Source of the DNA: Malacoraja senta
Taxonomy: Eukaryota
Direction of reading: 5' to 3'
NCBI GenBank assembly: GCA_038087875.1
Contig: CM075989.1
Coordinates: forward strand, 7,690,001-7,750,000
DNA length: 60,000 nucleotides
A program made the position numbers and the translations under genes. The notes below the pieces were generated by a model. The model had not been told where the DNA came from and ran no database searches. It saw nothing but the letters and a program-made list of their open reading frames with translations. How positions within the stretch are numbered: position 1 is the first letter of the stretch; each line of letters begins with the position of its first letter. Below are positions 39,516-51,954 of the stretch, one piece after another.

Positions 39516-39850
39516 ACAACACCGGAAATTGGAGGAAATGCACCTCATATTCCGCTTGGGCAGTCTACATCCTGGGGGCTTGAACATTGAATTCTCCCAA
39601 TTCTGCTAGCCCTTGCTGTCCCCTCCCCTTCATCAGCCCTCTGGTTGTCTTCTCCCCTCCCCTAGCCCTCGGGCTCCTCCTCCGCCTTTTTTCCTTTCTT
39701 CTCCCCACCCCCTATCAGTCTGAAGAAGGGTTTCGGCCCAAAACGTTGCCTATTTCCTTCGCTCCATAGATGCTGCTGCACCCGCTGAGTTTCTCCAGCA
39801 TTTTTGTGTACCTTCGATTTTCCAGCATCTGCAGTTCCTTCTTTAACAAC
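39516..39850 (+). mobile_element. Penelope-like element 3' fragment
   Basis: Encodes HRKLEEMHLIFRLGSLHPGGLNIEFSQFC*, nearly identical to the end of the 45805 ORF, followed by the same 3' UTR. Confidence 0.9.
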
Positions 39851-40354
39851 ATGATGGGATATTGAACTGCCCACAGTGCGTGTAAACAACCACTTGACAA
39901 TATTTCAACTATCACTAAACTATGAACTGTCTTGATTGCACTGGGGATTTTGGGCTTTGGACAGTAATATTAGGGTTTTCAATTTATTATTTTTTTAAAT
40001 TTATTATATGTTATCTATGAGTATTGTCTTGTAATGTTTGGGTGGGAGATTGCAACCTTCACGTGGTCCGCCCAAATGCAACCAACCTGGTGTGCACAAT
40101 CAAATAAGATCAAATAGAACAAGTTGTCCTACAACTTTAGGCTGTGCACGCCGTACGCAAGAAGAAGATGTACTGTTAGTAGACTTGATGGGACGAATGG
40201 CCTAAATCTGCTCCTATCACTTCTGATGTTGCGGCAAGTAAGAATTTCATTGTTCCATTTTCAGTACATATCACAATTAAACACTCTTGACTCTCCCATG
40301 GGTAATGCATGCTGATGAATATTTAGCCGTCCACCCATCAGCAGAAGATATGTT

Positions 40355-40480
40355 TAAGAAAGAACTGCAGATGCTGGAAAAATCGAATGTAGACAAAAAA
40401 TGCTGGAGAAACTCAGCGAGTGAGGCAGCAGCTATGGAGCAAAGGAATAGGTGACGTTTTGGGTCGAGACCCTTCTTCAG
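40355..40480 (-). mobile_element. Short Penelope-derived element with TSD
   Basis: tcagcagaagatatgtt repeated at 40338-40354 and 40477-40493. Confidence 0.8.
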
Positions 40481-41310
40481 CAGAAGATATGTTGTCAGTA
40501 GGCTGTGGAAGCTTTCTGTGCACTAATACACTGCTACCGTTTTTACATTGCCACACAGGTTGAAGCTCTCGAGTCTGACATTCTGTAGTCCAACAACTCT
40601 CCTGATCCACCATGTTTTGAACATGTGGTTCAGATCGATACAAATTAACATTGTAACCATGATCTGTACTAACCTGCAGCTAATTAACCAACCGGTGAAA
40701 CTCCTGCTATTTCAACGGACAGTGTTATTAACTTATTAGGAAACCGGGTCACGGCAGTTCTTGGAACCTTTACGTGACCCGGAGTGCGTCTATTCTTGAA
40801 GATAGTCAGAGGAAGGTGATCAGGGGAGGGCAATTTCTCACACCTATGTTTTCCATGGTCTGGCTCTAGTCTGAGCCCAAGGGTGCTTGGACTAGAGAGT
40901 TTCAACCTGTAGTCACTGCACTTCAACATTGGTTGCAAAGACATGCCAAAAGCTGTCAGTTTTTCTTTCTGTGCTAGTGGTTGCAATGCAATTCCTCACT
41001 ATGTGGTAGATGAGATATGTACCATCCACAGAGTGCACCATCTATAGTGTACCATCCACAGAAGGCACTGTAGCCCCTCTAACAGCACCTCCCAAACCCA
41101 ACCTACCACCCACAGGTGCTCCTCCAGATTACACACCATCCTGACTTGGAATTACTGTATATGGCCATTTCCTCATCTCGCCAAGTCTAATTCTGGAATT
41201 CCCTGTGTGAGCACCTTCACCAGAAGGACTGCAGCGGTTCAAGAAGGTACCTCACTGCAGCTTCTCAGGGCAATTAAGGGCAGTAAGCATGGGACTACCC
41301 AGACATTACT

Positions 41311-41600
41311 GGCGGCACAGTGATGCAGTGGTAGACTTGATTCATTACAGCGCCAGAGACCCGGGTTCGATCCTGACTACGGTTGCTGTCTGTACAGAAT
41401 TTGTACGTTCTCCCTGTGACCGCGTGGGTTTCACCTGTTTCCTCACACACTCTAAAGTCTTGCTAGTTTGTAAGTTAATTGGCTTCGGTAAATTGTCCCT
41501 AGATTGTAGGATAGATCTAGTGTGTGGGGTGATCGCTGGTCGGCGTGGACTCAGGAGACCGAAGGGCTTGTTTCCACGTTGTATCTCTAAACTAAACTAA
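41311..41600 (+). mobile_element. tRNA-derived SINE (HE1/V-SINE-like)
   Basis: ggttcgatcctgactac B-box region; (taaac)n tail. Confidence 0.85.
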
Positions 41601-41999
41601 ATTAAGATGACCAGAGAGAGACAACTTTTAAAAGGTAAAATCGGCAGCAGTAGCAAAGGTTAAATGAGGGTGAAATGAGGGCCTGCACCAAAGAGGTATT
41701 GTTGACCAATAATGTAGGAACTCACACACTTACAGCCAAAGTAACACTGGAAAACTCATCCAGAGTGTAAGAATCCAAACCCACCAGGTGTCCTGGGAAA
41801 TTCACTTTCAGATAATTGAATCTTTAATTAAAAGCACTTAGGCAGTAACAGTGAGTGTGAAATTAATGGGCAACTGGGAAAGTCCGCCTGGATCACCATC
41901 CTTTAGGAGATTGTACAGTTTCCACCTGGTCTGGCCTGTTTGTGGCTCTAGACCCCTGTGCCGATTGCCTCTCTATTGGCCTCAAATTGACCCCAAAGC

Positions 42000-43800
42000 A
42001 CAATTGTCCAAGACTGTTGGGGCCTTTGAAGAATAGAGGGAAGGGAGAAAATAACTCGTGGTGATTATTGGCGTCAAAGGAGGCAACAAAATGGCTTTGG
42101 CGGGATGGATTAAAGAAAATCCCATTAAAAACAAGAACGAAACCGGAAGAATGAAGGGCTACTCAATGTTAAAGGAGAGAATTTGTGCTTGGAGTCTATG
42201 GACATACCAAACGAGTACTTTGCATCTGTTTTCACCAAGGAGAAGGACATGGAGGACAGCGTGATCAGCGAGGAAAATATCAATAAGCAAGGGCAGTTTG
42301 AGACTAAGGAGGAGGAGGCCTTGGGGCTGATGAAGAGCATTAAGGTGGATAAATCCCCAGGACCTGATGGTCTATCCCAGGTTATTGAGAGAGAGGCAGG
42401 AGAAGAGGTTGCTGGAGCCTTTCATGAAGATCTTTGTGTCTTCTCTAGCCACAGACAAGGTCCCAGAGGACTGGTGAGTAGTTCATGTTGTTCCTTTGTT
42501 TAAGAAGGGGAGAGAATCCAGGGTATTATGGGCCGCTGAGCCTCACGTCAGTGGTAGGGAAACTATTGGGGAGAATTCTTCAAGAGAGGATTTACTTACA
42601 TTTGGAAGAGAAAGGGTTAATTAGGGACAGAATGCATGGCTTTGTACAAGGCAGGTCGTATCTTCTTAACGATTACTTTTTTATGAGGTGGTGATGAATT
42701 TGATCGATGAAGGTTTTAGTAAAGTCCACAAAAAAGGACACAAATTGTTGAAGTAACTCAACTGGTCAGGCAGCATCTCTGGTGAACATGGATGGGTGAC
42801 GTTTTGGGTCGTGACCCTTCTTCATACAGATTGTAGGGGGGAGGAGGGGAAGAAAGCTCGACAAGACAAAGCCAGGCAGGTAATAGGTGAACACAGGCAA
42901 GAGAGGTTTTGTTAGGTAGATGGTTGGACAAAGATCTGAGATGCGAAAACTGAAGATGTGAGACAAAAGGATTGAGGAATTGCAAATTGTGAATCTAAAG
43001 GAAGGAATGTAGGTGGAGGGGGAAGGGGAGGGAAGAAATAGATGCAAGTTGCAAGTACAGGCAGGAACAGGAGGGTGGGGGAAGAAAGGGGATTGTGGCA
43101 GAGAAAGGGTAGGGGAAGGAGAGGGGTTGTTAGTTACCTAAAATTGGTGAATTCAATGATTAATTTAATTCTTAATTGAAGGCGGCGGTGAAGCCTCAAC
43201 AGCAGCGGTGGAGCCTCGTGGCGGTAGGGCCTCGGCGGCAGCGGTGGAGCCTTGCTGGTCTACCCGTGGTCGGCGGTCGATGAGAGCGTGGGGGCACTGC
43301 CGTTGAGGGGAGGGGAAGAACAATGGACAATGGTGAGGGAGGGGGGTGAGGGGGAAGACCAAGGGACAATGGGGACCCAACGTTAGGGAACCACTGTGGG
43401 TGAGTGGGGGGGTTGGAGAACAAAGAAGGAGCCCGTAACTTTGTCAGCACAGTAGGTGGCTGCTATTTGGATACCTTGGGTTTGCGAGCAAATAATTTCA
43501 CTGTGCCTTGTCACCTGTGACAATAAAGTATTCCATTCCATTTCATCCATAATTTGATGAGGTTCTCCATGGTAGGCTGACCCAAAAGATTAAGATATAC
43601 AGGACTAACAGTGACTTGGTTATATGGATTTACAACTGGCTTACTCAAGAAGAAAGAGGGTTATGTTAGAAGGACAATATAGTGACTGGAAGTCTGTGAC
43701 CAGTGGAATTTCAGAAGGATCTGCCTGGAGACCTCTTGTTTGTGATTTTTATAAATGACTTGGACACTAACATTGATGGATTGGTTAGTAAATTTGAAGA
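42000..43800 (+). mobile_element. Old CR1 RT remnant interrupted by younger insertions
   Basis: NEYFASVFTKE, DKSPGPDG, LSLTSVVGKLL, HGFVQGRS. Confidence 0.75.
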
Positions 43801-44189
43801 CCTTTGAACCATCTTTAATCGGACTTTATCGGGCATTATCTTGCACTAAATGTTGCCCTCTTTATCTGTACACTGTACACAGCTTAGTTGATTGTAATCG
43901 TGTATAGTGCTTTCCTGGACTGCATGCAAACAAAATCTTTTCTGTTTCTCTGTACACATGATAATAATAAAATAATAAAAAAATTCCGCCACACTTCCCA
44001 CTCTTCCCCCCCCCCCCCAATCTGGACTTGCATCTATTTCTTCTCTCCCCTTCCCCCTCCATATACATTCATTCCTGGGAGTGGGGCAGTCACTGCCCAG
44101 ATCGTAGACACGGTCCCAGTAACACTTCTCTTAAACCCACCATGCCTCAGTATTACACTCTGTGAATTATTATCCTGAAGGACTTTGCA

Positions 44190-44790
44190 CAGAACATAGA
44201 ACAGTACAGCACAGGAACTGCAGCCCACAATGTCTGTGCCTAACGTGATTCCAAGATAAACTAATCTCCTCTGTCTCCTCGGCATGATCCATACAACCCA
44301 TTCCCTGCATATCCACAGAACCATTTAAAAGCTTCTTAAATGCTACTGTCGTATCTGCCTCCACCACCACTCCTGGCAGCACATTTGGGCACCCACCACT
44401 CTCTGTATAAACATTTTGTCCCACACATCTCCTTTAAACTTTGCCCCTCTCACCTGAAGGCTCCGCTCTCCAGTCTTTAACATTTCCACTCTGGAAATTG
44501 GTTCTGACTGTCTACTCTATCCATGCCTCTCATAGTTTTATATACTTCTTCTACCAGACCTTCTCTCAGCCTCCAGCACGCCAGAGAAAACAAGCCAAGT
44601 TTATCCACACTCTCCTTGTAGCCAATGCCCTCGTATCTAGGTGGCATTCTGGTAAACCTCTTCTGCACCCTCTCCAAAGCCTCCACGTGCTTCTTATAAT
44701 GAGGAGACCAGAACTGCAGACAATACTCCAAATGTGTCCCAATCGAAGTCCTATAAAGCTGCAACGACTTCCTGACCCTTACCATGATCA
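44190..44790 (-). mobile_element. CR1 3' fragment
   Basis: HLEYCLQFWSPHYKKHVEALERVQKRFTRM. Confidence 0.85.
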
Positions 44791-45592
44791 AAGATAATGA
44801 GACATTAGGAATTTCCCTCTCAGTATCCAAGAAGTTACCTGCAGCTAATTCTGGCCCCTGTCTCTGCCTTTCCATCTCTGCAGTCAGCTGGATTCTCCAA
44901 TCCAGATCATTCCTTGGCTTTCCGAACAATTCCTCAGTATGTTGCAAATTAATCATTCCTTCTTTTGGTGGAGGTTGGCTACATGTTTAAGCGGTTGTTG
45001 ACTAAAGATTAGACAGTGCGCGGTTGCAGTACATAGAGAATATAGTATAGCACAGGAACAGGCCCTTCAGCCCACAATGTCTGTGCTGACTGTGATGCAA
45101 TATTAAACTAACCCCATCTGCCTGCACATGGTGTACATCCTGCCATTCCTTGCCTGTTCATGTGTTCGTCTAAACGCCTCTGAAACGCCGCTCTCTTACC
45201 TGCCTCCACCACCACCCCTGGCAGCGTGTTCCGGGCAATCACTACCCCTCTGCATATCTCGTTGAAACTTTTGCCCCCTCATCTTAAAGCTAGACCCTCC
45301 AGTCTATGACATTTCCACCCTGGGAAAAAGATTCTGACTGCCGACACTATCTATGCCTCTGATAATTTTATCAAGTCTCCCCTCACCCTCCAGACCACTG
45401 GAGAAAATAATGTGCCTGTCCACCCTCCCTACGTAATACCATAGTTATTAATTGATTGACAGAGTGAGGGTTTTGGATAATCGGATACATTTTCTCTGTG
45501 TCTCAGGGTCCGGGAACCCATTACATAGATTCAAAATTTAAAAAAAAGAATTCAAAGATTCAAACCTTTGAATCCAGCTGCAGATTTGAACC

Positions 45593-47236
45593 GGAGGTAC
45601 ACAAAAATGCTGGAGAAACTCAGCGGGTGCAGCAGCATCTATGGAGCGAAGGAACTAGGTAACGTTTCGGGCCGAAACCCTTCTTCAGACTGATAGGGGG
45701 TGGGGAGAAGAAAGGAAAAAAGGAAAAGGCGGAGGAGGAGCCCGAGGGCTGGGGGAGGGGAGGAGACAACCAGATGGCTGATGAAGGGGAGGGGACAGCC
45801 AGGGCTAGCAGAATTGGGAGAATTCAACGTTCAGGCCACCAGGATGTAGACTGCCCAAGCGGAATATGAGGTGCATTTCCTCCAATTTACGGTGTTGCTC
45901 GCTGTGGCCATGGAGGAGACCCAGGACAGAGAGGTCAGATACGGAATGGGAGGGGGAGTTGAAGTGCTGAGCCACCGGGAGTTCAGGTTGGTTATTGCGG
46001 ACCGACCGGAGGTGTTCGGCGAAACGATCGCCAAGCCTCCGCTTGGTCTCACCGATGTAGATCAGCTGGCATCTAGAGCAGCGAATGCAATAGATGAGGT
46101 TGGAGGAGATGCAGGTGAACCTCTGTCGCACCTGGAACGACTGCTTGGGTCCTTGAATGGAGTGGAGGGGGGAAGTGAAGGGACAAGTGTTGCATCTCTT
46201 GCGGTTGCAAGGGAAAGTACCAGGGGAGGGGGTGGTATGGGAGGGAAGGGAAGAATTGACAAGGGAGTTACGGAGGGAGCGGTCTTTGCGGAAGGCAGAC
46301 ATAGGGGGAGATGGGAAGATGTGGCGAGTGGTGGGGTCACGTTGGAGGTGGCGAAACTGACGGAGGATCACTTGTTGTATGTGACGGCTGGTGGGGTGAA
46401 AGGTGAGGACTAGGGGGACTCTGCCTTTGTTGTGAGTGGGGGGATGGGGAGAGAGAGCAGTGTTGCGGGGTATGGCAGAGACCCTGGTGCGAGCCTCATC
46501 TATGGTGGAGGAGGGGAACCCCCGTTCCCTGAAGAATGAGGACATTTCAGATGCCCTGGTGTGGAACGCCTCATCCTGGGAGCAGATGCGGCGTAGACGG
46601 AGGAATTGGGAGTGGGGGATGGAGTCCTTACAGGAAGCAGGGTGGGAAGAAGTGTAGTCCAGATAGCCATGGGAGTCGGTAGGTTTGTAGTGGATGTCGG
46701 TAAGGAGTCTATCACCTGCGATGGAGATAGTGAGGTCAAGGAATGGTAGGGAAGTGTCGGAAATGGTCCAGGTGTATTTGAGTGCCGGATGGAAGTGAGT
46801 GGTGAAGCGGATGAAGTCAGTCAGTTGTGTGTGGGTGCAGGATGTGGCACCAAAACAATCATCGATGTAGCGGAGGTAGAGGTCGGGGATGGGGCCCTGG
46901 TACGCATTGAACAAGGATTGTTCTACGTACCCGACAAAGAGGCAGGCGTAGCTGGGGCCCATGCGTGTGCCCATAGCTACGCCTTGTATTTGGAGGAAAT
47001 GGGAGGAGTCAAATGAAAAGTTATTAAGTGTAAGTACCAGCTCCGCTAGGCGGAGGAGGGTGTCAGTGGCCGGGTATAGATTGCTTCTACGGTCGAGGAA
47101 AAAACGGAGGGCTTTGAGACCATCCTGGTGGGGGATGGAGGTGTACAGTGACTGGACGTCCATGGTGAAGATGAGGGGTGAGGGCCTAGAGAGTGGAATG
47201 CGCGGAGATGACGGAGAGTGTCTGAGGTGTCTTGAA
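45593..47236 (-). mobile_element. Penelope-like element, 5'-truncated: RT and GIY-YIG endonuclease (ORF ends at 45805)
   Basis: FTMDVQSLYTSIP, QIQGVAMGTRMGPSYA, YLRYIDD, LPFLDL, NLIYCIRCSRCQLIYIGETKRRLGDRFAEH; 12-bp TSD cagatttgaacc (45581-45592 and 47237-47248). Confidence 0.95.
45661..45688 (-). ncRNA. Minimal hammerhead ribozyme motif in the Penelope 3' region
   Basis: Minus strand CUGAAGA-AGGG-UUUCGG-CCC-GAAACGUU: catalytic core boxes, stem II, and palindromic ACGU helix III. Confidence 0.65.
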
Positions 47237-47331
47237 CAGATTTGAACCACCTGATAGTATTGGTGCCACCACCAGGCGGCGCCCCTGAGCAAGGTTCCAG
47301 TCTGGCTCTGTGCTGCTGAGTTTGTCCAGGG

Positions 47332-47577
47332 GTGTTAAAGAAGGAACTGCAGATGTTGGAAAATCGAAGGTACACAAAAATGCTGGAGAAACTCAGCGGA
47401 TGCAGCAGCATCTATGGAGCGAAGGAAATAGGCAACGTTTCGGGCCGAAACCCTTCTTCAGACTGATAGGGGGTGGGGAGAAGAAAGGAAAAAAGGAAAA
47501 AAGGTGGAGGAGGAGCCCGAGGGCTGGGGGATGGGAGGAGGGGACAGCAAGGGCTAGCAGAGTTGGGAGAATTCAAT
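47332..47577 (-). mobile_element. Penelope-like 3' terminal fragment with hammerhead motif (47434-47461)
   Basis: Near-identical to the 3' end of the adjacent element; 12-bp TSD gtttgtccaggg (47320-47331 and 47578-47589). Confidence 0.88.
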
Positions 47578-48220
47578 GTTTGTCCAGGGTCCTGAATCTA
47601 CAGCGGATGAAGTCAGGGAAGAGCACATTCCTGGATGGAATGGTCCAAGTCCTGGATCTCATGGTGCAGTAACAATGAGAGCAGGATAAGGCAGAGCGGC
47701 CAGGAACCCTCTGGCAAGTGGCCATCTTGAATGTCCTGGGAATACCAACACCAGGCTTAGCGAGGCTCAGATTCCTGGTGGCCTTGGGAGTGAGTGGACC
47801 CTGGTGTGAGGAGCCCCAGGCTTCGAGGGAAACAGGCCAGAACTCATTGCCACAGATGGCTGTGGAGGTCAAGTTATTGGGTATTTTTAAAGTAGAGATT
47901 GATAGTTTCTTGTTTAGTAAGAGTATCAACAGTTATTGGGAGAAGGCAGGAGAAGGTTTGAGAGGAAAAATAGATCAGCCATGATCGAATGGCAGAGTAG
48001 ACTGATGGGCCGAATGGACTAATTCTGTTCCTATGTCTTATGGTGTTATGGTAATACGCCAGGTAGTTAGTGAATCGAGGGTGGGTCGGGCCAGCAGAAG
48101 GTGGAGAAGCCAGGAGTGCAGATGGAGAGAGTGTCAGCAAAAGAGAAGGGTTTCCCCAAGTCTGGAAACCATGTTACCCCTCACTACCACACCTTATCAA
48201 GCCATTATCATATTTTTAGA

Positions 48221-48513
48221 GTCTTTAGACTTTAGAGAGATACAGCATGGAAACAGGCCCTTCGGCCCAACGAGTCCACGCCCACCAGTGATCATCCCGT
48301 ACACTAGCACTATCCTACACAATAGGGGCAACTTACAATTTTTACAGAAGCCAATTAACCTACAAACATGTACGTCTTTGGAGTGTGGGAGGAAACCGGA
48401 GCACCTGGAGAAAACCCACGCGGTCACGTACAGACAGCATCCGGGGTCAGGATTGTACCCGTGTCTCGGACATCCAAGGCAGCGACTCTACCGTTGCCCC
48501 ACTGTGCCGCCCT
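48221..48513 (-). mobile_element. tRNA-derived SINE (HE1/V-SINE-like)
   Basis: Reverse-complement SINE. Confidence 0.85.
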
Positions 48514-49187
48514 AAATCCCTCTATTTTATTTGTGTGATCTTGCTGTGTATAAAATGGCTGCTACTTTCCCACATCGCAACAACAGCCATGGTTCCAGAT
48601 AGGACTGTGAAGGAAGCTATGGAAATGCAGGCCTTCCTTTAGACGGCGGGCAGTCTACGGTTGCAGGGCCAGTCTGCCCAGGGTGGCAGGTGGTGAGCTG
48701 TTGGGCCACTCTGGGCAAGGGGAGGCTGCTGGATACACCCTTATCCCAGGGAAACACACCTACGTCTCTTTCAGCTTCCCCTCCCCCCCACCCTTCCCCC
48801 CTTACTCCGAGAATGTCTGTAGAAGGGTCCCGTCCCAAAACGTCGCCTGTCCATGTTCTCCAGAGATGCTGCCTGGTCTGCTGTTACTCCAGCACTTTGT
48901 GTTTTACTGGTTATATTCATCCTTCTTAAATGATTTGTTGGGACAAAGCACAGTTGCACTGGCATCCTGCTCAGCACTGCAAGGAAGAGAGAGCCAGTTC
49001 CTGTGCTGCACTGTTCTATGTGGGCTGTTTAATGCACTTTCTGATCCTCCCTACAAAGCGATGACTTCACACTTCCCCACAGTAGCCTCTCCTTGCCAGT
49101 TGTTGCCCAATCACTCGATCTATCCACATCCTGTTGCAAAACCACAATATCCTCATCACAACTTGCCCTCACATCTATTTTCATATT

Positions 49188-49268
49188 AGGGCGGCGCAGT
49201 GGCACAGCGGGTAGAGCTGCTGCCCCACAGCGCCAGAGACCCGGGTTTGGTCCTGACTTCGGTTGCTG
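49188..49268 (+). mobile_element. 5' half of a SINE split by the hAT-like element (3' half resumes at 52137)
   Basis: SINE head ends at ...ctgacttcggttgctg; the body resumes gttgctctctgtgtggagtatgctcgttctccc at 52137. Confidence 0.85.
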
Positions 49269-50715
49269 CAGGACTGCCAACATTGAGTGACAGTTGGGAG
49301 TGAGAATTTGCGAGAGACCAAGCCCGAGGGAGCGTAGCAACCGAGGGGAGAGGGTGAGTGGGGGGAGGGGGGAGGGGGGAGGGTGTGGGAGGGGGATGTC
49401 CCCCTCCCATTGGTACGCAGCTTTTGCATTTTTCAGCTTGAAATTGTGCAATCTGGTGCATACTGAAGCGAGTTTTTTAACTTACACTTGCAATATTAAT
49501 GCTTTAAATTGGATTAGCTATGAATAAGGTTAGGCTAAATTACATTCCTAATTACATTCCACAGTAAAGCCAGGCTCTGATCAACAGGTGCAGTACATGA
49601 ATGATCTTAGTATATTCATGTATGGAAAGCAGATTATAATCAAACACTTGGCCCATGTTGACCAACCTGGGTCTCACTGCACACCTGGTCCTACTGACTC
49701 CAGTTGCATACCTTCTCTCATTCCTGACCCTGAGTCTAGCCTTACACCTGGCCCCCTATTCTACCATGATCATAGCTGCTTACCTGCTTAGGTTCCCAGT
49801 GCTGAACACTCCCATTGTCCCAGCTTTGACTGCACACCTAGTACTATTCCAGATCTTGACTCTGGATGCACACTTGGCCTTGCTCCTAGTCCCTCTGCAC
49901 TGACAATATATGTGGCCCACACATGAAGCCCCATATCTGACCCCCTGGACTTAACCTATTACATTCAAGTCCACAAGTGCTTATCTAATGTGGTAATCTT
50001 TTATGGGGCACCTCATAGACCAAATTATGTATAACAAAATTTGCCACATCCATTGGCTTCCTTGTTATCTAACATGCTACATACTTTGTCAAAGAAGTCA
50101 TCAATTGGTTGAACGCAATTTCTCATCCATAAAATTATACTCACTCAGCTGTATGTATTCTGTTACCATTTCCTTCATTTTCCTAACAAACTGTCCTGAT
50201 GTCATTTTCACCCCCAATATTTTCAGTATTTTGCTGTCTTCCTCTCAGCTGGGACTTTTCCAAAATGCAAAGTCCAAAAACTATATATTTAAGCAATATT
50301 ATTCTATTAAATGTGATCTTGAGAGTATTGTGGTATTCATAACACAATAATGTAACACAATAATGATAATAAGATCTTTGTTTTGATTGCACCTACCAAC
50401 ATGCATACATTATTATATTACAGTTAATATGTACCGAGGGCAAATTTTTATTCCAATGCTCCCCATTCCCAATTATTTTTACATTGAAGTGATTGAAATC
50501 CAAGTGAAGTTTAAATGGCATCAGAAAAATAAAACCTCCGGAATGGATGATATTCATTACATGGCTGGTTGGAGTCAGTATCAGCACATTTACTATATTA
50601 AAGTTAGAATCTTCAGATGTCCTGGATCAAGCTAAAACTAAAGACAAATAATAATCTCCTCACACATTCCCCTGCAAGTATCTCTGTCACTCCTTTAAAA
50701 TATGCCCCTTCTTTG

Positions 50716-51252
50716 ATGTTTCTATGCTTGAGTATTTGGCAATAAAACTCGACCACTTGATTTTAAAGCATTCATGCATGGTGGAGGTATAATGTAGTCA
50801 TAGAGTGATACAGTGTGAAAACAGTGTGACCCCCCCTCCCACGGTAGGGACTTTTTGAAATTTGATGTATTAAAATCGTGTTTTAGTGCATTGTAGAAGT
50901 ATGATTTCAATGTTTTTTGTTTGAAGTATTTTTAAGAGGTAACTTTTAAGGGATAACTTTTTCCACACAAAGGGTGGTGGGTGTATGGAACAAGCTGCCA
51001 GAGGAGATAGTTGAGGCAAGGACTATCCCAACATTTAAGAAACAGTTAGACTGATACATGGATAGGTTTGGAGGGATATGGACCAAAAGCAGGTAGTGTA
51101 GCTGGGACATGTTGGCGGGTGTGGGCAAGTTGGGCCGAAGGGCCTGTTTTCACACTGTATCACTCTATGACTACATTATACCTCCACCATGCATGAATGC
51201 TTTAAAATCAAGTGGTCGAGTTTTATTGCCAAATACTCAAGCATAGAAACAT
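50716..51252. repeat. 109-bp perfect inverted repeat (50716-50824 and 51144-51252)
   Basis: The two arms read as exact reverse complements, with a spacer of about 320 bp. Confidence 0.9.
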
Positions 51253-51683
51253 AGAAAATGGGTGCAGGAATAGGCCATTCGGTCCTTCGAGCCTGCACTG
51301 CCATTCAATATGATCATGGCTGTTCATTTAAAATCTGTACCTCTTTCCTGTTTTTCTCCATATTCCTTGATTTCTCTAGCCCCAAGAGCTAAATGTAAGT
51401 CTATTTTGAAAACATCCAGTGAATTGGCCTCCACTGCCTTCTGTGGCACAGAAGTCCACAGATTCCCAATTGTCTGTGTGAAGAAAGTTTGTCTTCATCT
51501 CAGTCCCAACTGACCTACCCTTTATTCTTAAACTGTGACCCCTGGTTCTGAACTCCCTCAACATCGGGAAAATGTTTCCTGCAGTTAAGTGAAAATCTAG
51601 CAGGCAAGCAGGATGCTTTCTCCAACCACCCCCATTTGAAGGCCACTATCTTCCACTGCGTCTACCCAGTGCTTGGTACTTAC

Positions 51684-51954
51684 TTCCAGCAGCCACTGGT
51701 TGTCCTCCAGGATGCACCGAGCCGCAGCCTGGTCCATGACGGTTACCAGGGCGAATTCGGCACAGAGACTCTCATGGCAGCGGCGCAATGCTTCCGACGC
51801 CTCCGACAGCCCGGGACTCTTGCACTGAGGGTGCTCCATGGATGAAGCTGCAGCGAACGACTCGCCAGCCCGGCAAACACTCGCCAGCCCGGCAAACACT
51901 CGCCAGCCCCGGCTCCCCATCCACATCTGCCCCCGTTGCTGCTTCAGCTTCCAT
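51684..51954 (-). pseudogene. TDP2: TDP2-like exon 1 fragment (UBA-like N-terminus) with splice donor, frameshifted, inside a transposon
   Basis: RRCHESLCAEFALVTVMDQAAARCILEDNQWLLE|gtaagt versus human TDP2 KRRLLCVEFASVASCDAAVAQCFLAENDWEME|; no downstream TDP2 exons recognised. Confidence 0.75.

Noticed and set aside
41733..41793. Small minus-strand exon-like segment (cccag...gtaagt) upstream of NADK
   Set aside because: No recognisable peptide and no evidence linking it to NADK or TDP2.
51597..51926. Intact functional TDP2 gene
   Set aside because: Only exon 1 is present; it is frameshifted and enclosed by transposon termini. I recognised no nuclease-domain exons (TWNIDGLD, GDTN, SDH).
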